Source of the DNA: Desulfobulbus sp.
Lineage (GTDB): Bacteria; Desulfobacterota; Desulfobulbia; Desulfobulbales; Desulfobulbaceae
Direction: 5' to 3'
NCBI GenBank assembly: GCA_017998195.1
Contig: JAGODN010000001.1
Coordinates: 1 to 35,407 of the forward strand
Length of the DNA stretch: 35,407 nucleotides
Made by a program: the position numbers and the translations under genes
In this document: positions 17,192-24,997 of the stretch, one piece after another
Numbering within the stretch: the stretch's first letter is position 1
Layout of the letters: each line of letters opens with the position of its first letter
The notes under the pieces: model-generated
What the model was told of the DNA's origin: nothing
Databases searched by the model: none
What the model saw: the letters and a program-made list of their open reading frames with translations, nothing else

Positions 17192-20116
17192 TCACAACTC
17201 GGTTCGCTGCTCGAACAGATCCCGGTCCTGATCGATCCGGGCCGCGCTGCCCAGGGAGGTCCGGATGCGATTCTCCGCCAGGGCCGCGAACAGCGGCGCG
17301 AACCCGCGCAGGTCCTCGGCGGTGGTGGCCAGCAGTTCGGCCAGCCGCTGTCGCCGGAAGGCCGGGGTGATGCCGCACAGGTAGTCGTTGCGGGCCGCCG
17401 CGCCCCGGGCGGCCGGGCCCAGGTGGGGCACGCAGCTGCCGTAGGCGCCGATGACCAGCTGGTCGAGCAGTTCCGCCCCCACTTCCATTTCCCCGATCAC
17501 CGCCGGCAGGGCCTCGTAGGCCTCGTAGGTGCGGCGCACCTGCGGGTCGCGGTAGCTGACCATGCCGAAGTTGCCGCTCAGGTGGTTGAACTGGATGAAA
17601 CAGCCGTAGGCCCCGTTCTTCTGGCGCACCGTGTTCCACAGGTAGTCCCGGGACAGCCAGGTGCGCAGCACCTCGAAGCGGCCGTTGTAGGCCTCCGGGC
17701 TGGGGAACAGGGTGCAGGCCTGGACGTTGTAGACGATTTCCGCCGAGGTGGTGCAGGCCCGGGTGCGGGCGCCGAGGCGGAACTCGGGATGCACGGGCGT
17801 GAGCGCCAGGTCGGCGAGGCTGTTCACCGTGGCCGCGCCGAGGGTGCGGAACCGCTCGATGTCGGCCGCCTCGGCGGTGATGGCCACGGTCAGACCCCGG
17901 CGCCGGAACAGATGGTCGCGGATGCGCTCCAGGGCGGCGAGCAGGTTGGCCTCCTCCGGATCGTACTGCCCGGCCAGGTGCTTGAGGTGCAGGTAGGCAT
18001 GGATGCCGTGCACGTACTCGTGGTACCGGCCGGCCTGGCTCAGGTGGGCGAAGGCGTTGGTGGCGGCCAGCGAGTAGCCGTCGCTGTGAGCCGAGTGTTC
18101 GGCCCAGGCGAACTCGCGATGGACGATCTCGTCGATGCGGTGCACATCGGAGAAATCCACCGAGGTGAGTACCTCGTTGACCAGGGCCAGGGCCTCTTCG
18201 AGGAAGGAGGAGAGCACCTTGACGTGCAGCCAGAGGATCGGCCGGACCGTGTCGCGGCTGTCCGCCCGCAGGTAGGCCTGGAAAGAGTGGGAGAAGCCGC
18301 CGGTGCACTGGTTGATGGCCTTGGCGAACTGCATGTAGTCGAGCCGCCTGGTGCCGATCTCGGTGAGGATGGTGCCGAACAGGTCCAGGTAGGGCAGCAG
18401 GTCAGCGGGCAGGCCGGAGCAGTCCAGGCCGAAGTCGAGGTAGCAGATGCCGTTGGTTTCCAGGTCGCTGACCAGGAGCGGCGCACCGGCCAGCTGCATC
18501 GGCTGGACCGCGTGCAGGGGCGGCTCCGGATCCAGGTCGCGGCGCACCAGGCGCGGCAGGCGGCGCAGGTCCTCGGCCGAGGTGCGGGTTTCCTGCAGGG
18601 CCACGAGCGCCCGGGTGTGGTCCACAAGGTCGCGCCGGCCGGCCGCGTCCAGGGTGCGGGCAAAGGCGTCGAGCCGCTCCTGTTCCTCGCGTTGCCCCTG
18701 CTCCATCTTGGCCGGGTCCGGCACCAGGGTGACCGTGGCGGTGGCCGGGTTGTCGAGCAGGTGAGTGCGGATGAGCCGTTCGAAATAGCCGCCCGCCAGA
18801 GCTTCCGTGCGGATCTCGGCGAGCAGCGCATCGGTGCGCAGGGCGTCGAAGGGCGAGATCCGGTGGCGCAGGGCCGGCAGGGCCTTGCCGATCAGGTCCA
18901 GGCCGCGCTGGGCCTTGTTCATCTCCTCGCGCACGGCGAACTCGTACTTGTTCAGCTCGGAGAGCACCAGGTCACGATCCAGGCCGGAGTCGGCCATGCG
19001 GGTGAGGGTCGCCCGGAACAGGGCCTGGAAATGCTCCCGTTTTTCCGGGTCCGAGCCGATCAGGTAGGTGACGAGCAGCGACCGGTGGCAGGAGTCGGCC
19101 AGGAACACGCCGCCGAAATCCTTGCACAGGTAGGCGTTGACAATGGCCTTCTTGAGCGGCGAGCCGTCCGAGTTGAACAGGATGTTGGCGATGATCTGGA
19201 AGGCCGCGTTGAGCTTGCGGTCCCGGGCGGTGCCGACCAGGGTGCTCAGGGCGATGAAGGTCCGCTCCGCGGTGGGGCTGCCCGGCTGCACCGGGTAGCT
19301 CTCCTCGATGAGCACCGGACGGATGATCGGCTCGCCCTCGACGATGCCCGCCCGGGGGACCGGCGTGGTGCAGGCGGCCAGGAAGCGCTCCTGGACAAAG
19401 GCCAGTTCCTCTTCCAGCGGCGCGTCGCCGTAGAAGAAAAAGGTGGCGTTGGCCGGGTGGTAGTGCGAGCGGTGGAAGGCCACGAACTGCTCGTAGCTGA
19501 GGTCCGGGATGCGGTGCGGGTCGCCGCCCGACTCGTGCGCATAGGTGGACCCGGGCAGGAGCCCCTGGTAGGTGTGGTGGAACAAGGCGCGGATGGGGTC
19601 GGAGTAAGCGCCCTTCATCTCGTTGAAGACCACGCCCATGAACTGGAGCGGGTCGTCCTCGTGCTCCTGGTGGTAGTGCCAGCCCTCCTGCTCGAAGGTC
19701 GACCTGAGCAGCAGCGGGTTGAACACGACGTCGCAGTAGACGTCCATGATGTTGAAATATTCCGTCAGGTTGCGGGTGGCGAAGGGGTACCAGGTGGTGT
19801 CCGCGCCGGTCATGGCGTTGAGGAAGGTCATCATCCCGCCCTTGTGGATCTCGCCGAACACGTCCTTCACCGGGTACTTCTTCGATCCCATGAGCACCGA
19901 GTGCTCGAGGATGTGCGCCACCCCGGTGGAGTCCTCGGGCACGGTCATGAAGGAGACGCAGAAGGTCTTGTTGGGATCGTTGTTCTTGATCGCCAGAACC
20001 TGGCAGCCGAGCACGGTGTGGGTGAACAGGGAAACGGTGGAGTGGATTTCGGGGATCTCTTCCCGGTGTTCGAGCAGGAAGCCGTGGTGGACGGAACCGG
20101 TGGTCATGGTGGTCAT
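17192..20116 (-). CDS. Insulinase family (M16C, presequence-protease-like) zinc metallopeptidase
   Basis: DSTGVAHILEHSVLMGSKKYPVKD (HxxEH), FLNAMT, QEGWHY, GVVFNEMKG, YLWNTVRQKNGAYG, SYRDP. Confidence 0.93.
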   Translation of the reverse strand: MTTMTTGSVHHGFLLEHREEIPEIHSTVSLFTHTVLGCQVLAIKNNDPNKTFCVSFMTVPEDSTGVAHILEHSVLMGSKKYPVKDVFGEIHKGGMMTFLNAMTGADTTWYPFATRNLTEYFNIMDVYCDVVFNPLLLRSTFEQEGWHYHQEHEDDPLQFMGVVFNEMKGAYSDPIRALFHHTYQGLLPGSTYAHESGGDPHRIPDLSYEQFVAFHRSHYHPANATFFFYGDAPLEEELAFVQERFLAACTTPVPRAGIVEGEPIIRPVLIEESYPVQPGSPTAERTFIALSTLVGTARDRKLNAAFQIIANILFNSDGSPLKKAIVNAYLCKDFGGVFLADSCHRSLLVTYLIGSDPEKREHFQALFRATLTRMADSGLDRDLVLSELNKYEFAVREEMNKAQRGLDLIGKALPALRHRISPFDALRTDALLAEIRTEALAGGYFERLIRTHLLDNPATATVTLVPDPAKMEQGQREEQERLDAFARTLDAAGRRDLVDHTRALVALQETRTSAEDLRRLPRLVRRDLDPEPPLHAVQPMQLAGAPLLVSDLETNGICYLDFGLDCSGLPADLLPYLDLFGTILTEIGTRRLDYMQFAKAINQCTGGFSHSFQAYLRADSRDTVRPILWLHVKVLSSFLEEALALVNEVLTSVDFSDVHRIDEIVHREFAWAEHSAHSDGYSLAATNAFAHLSQAGRYHEYVHGIHAYLHLKHLAGQYDPEEANLLAALERIRDHLFRRRGLTVAITAEAADIERFRTLGAATVNSLADLALTPVHPEFRLGARTRACTTSAEIVYNVQACTLFPSPEAYNGRFEVLRTWLSRDYLWNTVRQKNGAYGCFIQFNHLSGNFGMVSYRDPQVRRTYEAYEALPAVIGEMEVGAELLDQLVIGAYGSCVPHLGPAARGAAARNDYLCGITPAFRRQRLAELLATTAEDLRGFAPLFAALAENRIRTSLGSAARIDQDRDLFEQRTEL

Positions 20117-20136
20117 GGGATCGTGGCGGGCTGGGG

Positions 20137-20586
20137 TTAGAAGGTCTTGTGCGAATCGAGAAGCATCGTCACCGGGCCGCTGTTTGTCAAGCAGACATCC
20201 ATCATCGCCTGGAAAATGCCGGCCTCCACGGGCAGGCCGCGCTGGCGGCAACCACCGAGGAACTGCTCGTACAACTCCCGGGCGAGTTCCGGCGGGGCGG
20301 CGTCGTGCCAGGAGGGACGGCGGCCCTTGCGGCAGTCGCCGTGCAGGGTGAACTGGCTGACCACCAGCAGTTCGCCGCCCGCCTCGAGCACCGAGCGGTT
20401 CATCTGCCCGCGCTCGTCCGCGAAGATGCGCAGGTGGACGACCTTGTCGACCATCCAGGTCACGTCCCGGAGGGTGTCGTCGCGGTGGATGCCGAGCAGC
20501 ACCAGCAGGCCGGTGTCGATGGCGCCGACGGTGCGCCCCTCGACCTCGACCCGGGCGCGGCTGACGCGTTGGACAACGGCTCGCAT
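20137..20586 (-). CDS. dtd: D-aminoacyl-tRNA deacylase
   Basis: [33 protein letters not shown]. Confidence 0.96.
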   Translation of the reverse strand: MRAVVQRVSRARVEVEGRTVGAIDTGLLVLLGIHRDDTLRDVTWMVDKVVHLRIFADERGQMNRSVLEAGGELLVVSQFTLHGDCRKGRRPSWHDAAPPELARELYEQFLGGCRQRGLPVEAGIFQAMMDVCLTNSGPVTMLLDSHKTF

Positions 20587-20625
20587 GGCTTCCTGGTGGA
20601 AGAAAGGGGAGAGGGCCGGGCCGCT

Positions 20626-21363
20626 TCAGGCGGGCCCGTCCGGATCGACCGGCCGCAGGGAACCGGTCAGGTACTGGACAATGGCCACCGCGGCCAGGGT
20701 CGCGGTCTCGCCGCGGAGGATGCGCGGTCCCAGGGAAAAGGTGGTGAAGCCCAGTGCCCCCAGGGTGTGCAGGTCGTCGGCGTGCAGGCCGCCCTCGGGG
20801 CCGAGGAACAGGCCCGTCGGCGCCGGGGTGAGGGCGGCCGGCAGGGCGGCCTGCCGCTCACCCTCCCAGGCGGCCAGGCGATGGACCCAGGCGCCCGGAT
20901 CGAGTGTTGCCAGCGGCGTAACCGGCAGGATGCGCATGGGCTCGGCCCGGTGGCACTGCTTGCAGGCCTCGATCATGATGCGCTGCCAGCGCTCCTGCTG
21001 GTGGTCGCGGTCGCCGCGGTTCTCGCAGTGGCGGGTGAGCACCGGCGCCAGGGTGTGCACGCCCAGTTCGGTGGCCTTCTGGACGACGAAATCCATCTTC
21101 CCGCCCTTGAGCAGGGCCTGGACCAGGGTCAGGGGCGCACCCGCCGGGGCGTTCTCCCGGCGCCGGTCGGTGACCTCGGCGGTCACCAGTCGCATGTCGC
21201 AGCCGGTGAGCACGGCGGTGACGATCCCGCCTTGGCCGTCGAAGAACTCCACCGCCCGGCCGGGCCGCAAGCGCAGCACCCGGGCGATGTGGCGGGCCTC
21301 GGCGCCGGTGAGGGTGATGGTTTCGCCGGCAAGGCTGCCGGCAGGCAGGAAGAAGCGTCGCAT
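20626..21363 (-). CDS. rsmE: 16S rRNA m3U1498 methyltransferase
   Basis: HIARVLRL, KMDFVVQKATELGV, EACKQC, LGPEGG, LGPRILRGETA. Confidence 0.95.
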   Translation of the reverse strand: MRRFFLPAGSLAGETITLTGAEARHIARVLRLRPGRAVEFFDGQGGIVTAVLTGCDMRLVTAEVTDRRRENAPAGAPLTLVQALLKGGKMDFVVQKATELGVHTLAPVLTRHCENRGDRDHQQERWQRIMIEACKQCHRAEPMRILPVTPLATLDPGAWVHRLAAWEGERQAALPAALTPAPTGLFLGPEGGLHADDLHTLGALGFTTFSLGPRILRGETATLAAVAIVQYLTGSLRPVDPDGPA

Positions 21364-21409
21364 GGCCCCTGTGTAGCACAAACCGGCGGCGAATGCACCC
21401 CCGGCGGGT

Positions 21410-21931
21410 TCAGGCGGGCCGCGGTCCGGCCGGGGTCGGCGGTTCGGTTGCTGACTGGCGGCGTCGGCAGGTGCAGACGGTCGCGGGCAGGGCGGTCGGC
21501 AGTTCCCGGCTGTCCGTCAGCTGGAAAACGGTCGGGTCGCAGCCAGGGAAAAACACGTCGCCGTCCACCTCGGCGTGGATGCGGGTGAGGATGAGGGTAT
21601 CGGCCAGCGCCAGTCCGGCGCGGAACAGTTCTGCCCCGCCGATGAGGAAGACTTTGGTCGCTCCCGCACACAGGGCCAGCGCCTCGGGCAGGGAACCAGC
21701 CAGCCTGCAGCCCGGGCGCGGACGGTAGTCCGGGTCGCGGCTGAGCACGATGTTCAGCCGGCCGTCCAGGGGCCGGCCGATGGCCTCGTGGGTGCGGCGG
21801 CCCATGACCACCGGGTGGCCCATGGTCACCGTGCGGAAATGGGCCAGGTCCTCGGGCAGGTGCCAGGGCAGGCTGTTGCCGCGGCCGATCACGCCGTTGT
21901 CCGCGACCGCGGCGATGACGATCAGCTCCAT
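21410..21931 (-). CDS. folA: Dihydrofolate reductase
   Basis: IAAVADNGVIG, LPWHLPEDLAHF, VMGRRTHEAIGRPL.GR.NIVLS, IGGAEL, GDVFFP. Confidence 0.95.
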   Translation of the reverse strand: MELIVIAAVADNGVIGRGNSLPWHLPEDLAHFRTVTMGHPVVMGRRTHEAIGRPLDGRLNIVLSRDPDYRPRPGCRLAGSLPEALALCAGATKVFLIGGAELFRAGLALADTLILTRIHAEVDGDVFFPGCDPTVFQLTDSRELPTALPATVCTCRRRQSATEPPTPAGPRPA

Positions 21932-22090
21932 CCGTGTCCGCCGTCCTGCAACCCCGGGGTCAACCGGTTGCAGATCGTTCTTTTTACCAAACATTTAGTC
22001 GCCATTGACCAGTGGTTCCCCTACCATGAGTCGCTTTTGCCGCGGGAAAACAGGACCAGCCGGGAGGGCTGCCTGAGAGCAGTGCAAACC

Positions 22091-22099
22091 TTATCCACA
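22091..22099 (+). promoter_or_regulatory. Perfect DnaA box (single)
   Basis: TTATCCACA in the divergent intergenic region between folA and the 743-aa gene, 4 nt before the GGAGG RBS. The sequence match is exact but function is unproven. Confidence 0.5.
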
Positions 22100-22117
22100 G
22101 ACTGGAGGCTTTTCAAC

Positions 22118-24349
22118 ATGGAAGGATCGATGAACACGACCCATCGCTGGCGCTTCTGCCGTCTCGGCGGCTTTGACCAGGTCCGCCTGGAGACCGCCGA
22201 GGACATTCGTCACCTGGGCGAGCTCGACCAAAAACTCTGGGCCGCGCTCAGCTGCCCGGTGGACGGGCTGGAATTCGACCGCCGCACCCTGGAACTGCTC
22301 GACGTGAGCGGCGACCGGCGGGTGCGGGTCCAGGAGGTGCTGGCCGCGGTCGACTGGGTGAGCACCGTGCTCAAGGACATGAACCCGCTCATGGCCGGCG
22401 CGAGCGAATTGCCGCTGACCGCCATCGACGAGAGCCAGCCGGAAGGCCAGCAGCTGCTCGCTTCGGCCCGCCAGCTGCTGGCGCTCCTGGGCAAGCCCGA
22501 GGCCGAGACGGTGACCATCCAGGACGTGACCGACACGAGCACGCTGCTGCACAACTCGCGCTTCAACGGTGACGGCATCATCGCCGAGAACGCCGCCGAG
22601 GACGACGACACCCGGCAGCTGATCAACGAGGCGATCACCTGTGTGGGCAGCGACGAGGACCGCTCCGGCCTGCCGGGCGTCTCCGCCGAGCGGGTTGCCG
22701 CCTTCTTCGACGCCCTGAACCTCTACGCCGGCTGGTGGGGGCAGACCACGAGCGATCCGGCCATCCTCCCCTTCGGTGACGGTACCCAGGAGGCCGCGGC
22801 CGTGTACGGCCGGCTGAAGAACAAGATCGACGACTACTTCACCCGCTGCGGCCTGGCCGCCTACGACCCCAGGGCGGCGGAACCGCTTAACCCCGCGGCG
22901 GCCACCTACGAGACCCTGGCGGTCAAGGATCTGACCGCGGCCGTGGCCGAGGTGGAGAGCTTCCCGCTCGCCCATGTCGGCGCCGGCCTGCCCCTGCCCC
23001 TGCGCCAGGGCGTGAACCCGGCCTGGGCCGCCACCGCCGCCAGCTTCGCCGACCTGGTGGTCACCCCCCTGTTCGGGGAGAGCGCCGAGCTGACCGAGAC
23101 CCAATGGCGCAAGGTGCAGGAGACCTTCGCCCCGTTCGAGGCCTGGCAGGCGGCCAAGGCCGGGGTCGAGGTGGAAGGTCTGGGCATCGACCGGGTGCAG
23201 GCCATTCTCCAGGGCTCGGGTCGGGCGAAGCTCGAGGAACTGATCCGCCGCGACCTGGAACTGGCCGACCAGGTGGAGGCCATCGGCAACGTGGTCCGGC
23301 TCGTCTACTACAACCGCGATCTCTACCAGCTGCTCAACAACTTCGTCTCGTTCCGCGATTTCTACGGCAACGAGCGCAAGGCCATCTTCCAGGCCGGCAC
23401 CCTCTACATCGACGGCCGCGCCTGCGAACTCTGCGTCCGCGTGGCCAGCGTCGACGGGCACAGCCCCATGGCCAACCTGAGTCGCACCTACCTGGCCTAC
23501 TGCGACTGCAAGCGGCGCAACTCTTCCGAGCAGATGTTCATCGCCGCCGCCTTCACCGAGGGCGACGCCGACAACCTCATGGTCGGCCGCAACGGCGTGT
23601 TCTACGACAGCGAGGGCAACGACTGGGACGCCACCATCGTCAAGCTCATCGACCACCCGATCAGTGTCCGCCAGGCCTTCTGGTCGCCCTACAAGCGGAT
23701 CGCGCGCATGGTCGGCGAGCAGATCGAGAAGTTCGCCGTGGCCAAGGACAAGGCCGTGGACGCCAAGACCGGCGAGGGCATCGCCGCCGCCGCCAAGGCG
23801 GATGCGGCCGCCCCGCCCGCGCCCTTCGACGTGGGCAAATTCGCCGGTATCTTCGCCGCCATCGGCCTGGCCCTGGGCGCCATCGGCACGGCCATCGCCT
23901 CCATCGTCGGCGGCTTCATGTCCCTGCCGGTATGGGAGATGCCGCTGGCCATCATCGGCATCATGCTGGCCATCTCCGGTCCGTCCATGCTCATCGCCTT
24001 CCTCAAGCTGCGCCAGCGCAACCTCGGCCCGATCCTCGACGCCAACGGCTGGGCGGTGAACACCAAGGCGAGCATCAACATCCCCTTCGGCTCCACCCTG
24101 ACCAAGATGGCGGCCCTGCCCAAGGGCGCGGAGCGCTCGCTCATCGACCCGTTCGCCGAGAAGAAGACCCCGTGGAAGCGGTGGGTGTTCCTGGCCGTGC
24201 TGCTCGTGGCCCTGGGCTTTGCCTGGAACAAGGGCTACCTGCAGAAAGGGGTGCAGCAGCTGAAGAGCCAGCTGAGCAGCCAAACCAAGCCGGCCCCTGC
24301 CCCGCCTGCTCCACCGGAAGCGGCCAAGCCCGCCCCCGCCGTCAAGTAA
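22118..24349 (+). CDS. Uncharacterised membrane protein with an N-terminal EF-hand-like loop and three C-terminal hydrophobic helices
   Basis: GGAGG RBS at 22104-22108, ATG 22118 (alternative ATG 22130), strong GC3 codon bias, its own terminator. TM-like segments FAGIFAAIGLALGAIG, MPLAIIGIMLAISG and WVFLAVLLVALG. Confidence 0.85.
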   Translation: MEGSMNTTHRWRFCRLGGFDQVRLETAEDIRHLGELDQKLWAALSCPVDGLEFDRRTLELLDVSGDRRVRVQEVLAAVDWVSTVLKDMNPLMAGASELPLTAIDESQPEGQQLLASARQLLALLGKPEAETVTIQDVTDTSTLLHNSRFNGDGIIAENAAEDDDTRQLINEAITCVGSDEDRSGLPGVSAERVAAFFDALNLYAGWWGQTTSDPAILPFGDGTQEAAAVYGRLKNKIDDYFTRCGLAAYDPRAAEPLNPAAATYETLAVKDLTAAVAEVESFPLAHVGAGLPLPLRQGVNPAWAATAASFADLVVTPLFGESAELTETQWRKVQETFAPFEAWQAAKAGVEVEGLGIDRVQAILQGSGRAKLEELIRRDLELADQVEAIGNVVRLVYYNRDLYQLLNNFVSFRDFYGNERKAIFQAGTLYIDGRACELCVRVASVDGHSPMANLSRTYLAYCDCKRRNSSEQMFIAAAFTEGDADNLMVGRNGVFYDSEGNDWDATIVKLIDHPISVRQAFWSPYKRIARMVGEQIEKFAVAKDKAVDAKTGEGIAAAAKADAAAPPAPFDVGKFAGIFAAIGLALGAIGTAIASIVGGFMSLPVWEMPLAIIGIMLAISGPSMLIAFLKLRQRNLGPILDANGWAVNTKASINIPFGSTLTKMAALPKGAERSLIDPFAEKKTPWKRWVFLAVLLVALGFAWNKGYLQKGVQQLKSQLSSQTKPAPAPPAPPEAAKPAPAVK

Positions 24350-24366
24350 GCATTTCTTTGTACCCA

Positions 24367-24408
24367 CAAAAAAAAGCCGGATCAGTGATGATCCGGCGTT
24401 TTTTTTTG
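24367..24408. terminator. Bidirectional intrinsic terminator
   Basis: A8, then gccggatca / tgatccggc stem (24376-24397), then T9, between convergent genes. Confidence 0.9.
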
Positions 24409-24427
24409 CGGTGGCCCGCGCCGGGGT

Positions 24428-24997
24428 TCAGCCGCGGTCGGGTGAAAAACGGTAGGTGCGCTGGTCCGCTCCCGGCGCGGTGCGGGTGGAGGCGGCGAGC
24501 AGCACGACCATGGCCAGGGCCCAGCCGATGCCGATCTGCACCAGGCTGCGGCCAAGGTCCGGGCCGAACCCGGCCGCGCCGAGACGCACCCCGGCCCAGT
24601 AGGCCAGCGGCCCGCCGATGGCCCCGAAGACGAGGGCCACCAGCGGCCGGCCGGAGAGCCAGGCGAGCGCGTAGTGCAGGGAGGTGGCGAACTGTAGCCA
24701 AAGGACGAGCAGCCAGAACGGCGGCAGCAGCGGGAAAGGACCGGCGTCCGCAAAGCGGAGGGCGCCGGTGTGCAGGTGGACGCTGTCGATGCACAGCCCG
24801 AGAAGCAGGGAGGCGAGCAGGAGTTGCGCCTCCCGCCGGGGCTGACGGACCAGCGCCAGGTGCAGGGCCACCGGCACGAGGCCGGCCGCGGCGGCCGGGA
24901 GCGGATGGCCGGCCGCGGCGCCGAGCACACAGGTGAACCAGCCCGCCTGGAAGAGGACGAAATTGACCAGGGTGGTGGCCCGTTCGGCGCGCAGCAT
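24428..24997 (-). CDS. DUF2878 family membrane protein
   Basis: NFVLFQAGWFTCVLG, PFWLLVLWLQFATSL, FGAIGGPLAYWAG.RLGA. The start overlaps the upstream stop by 1 nt. Confidence 0.8.
   Translation of the reverse strand: MLRAERATTLVNFVLFQAGWFTCVLGAAAGHPLPAAAAGLVPVALHLALVRQPRREAQLLLASLLLGLCIDSVHLHTGALRFADAGPFPLLPPFWLLVLWLQFATSLHYALAWLSGRPLVALVFGAIGGPLAYWAGVRLGAAGFGPDLGRSLVQIGIGWALAMVVLLAASTRTAPGADQRTYRFSPDRG

Noticed and set aside
17423-20140. 905-aa plus-strand ORF and similar long antisense ORFs (1151-2998, 2955-4982, 14110-15765, 22091-24367, 31307-33064, 33065-34681)
   Set aside because: These are shadow frames opposite well-supported genes, expected from high GC3 codon bias. They have no recognisable motifs.
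21932-22117. Possible oriC
   Set aside because: Only one DnaA box, no clustered boxes or clear AT-rich unwinding element, and no dnaA/dnaN nearby.
21575-22117. N-terminal extensions given by the ORF track (924-aa version of the membrane protein; also radA from 4888, bioC from 10841, parA from 14122, kinase from 31250)
   Set aside because: The extensions overlap other genes or regulatory DNA, while downstream starts have RBSs or begin at family-typical N-termini.
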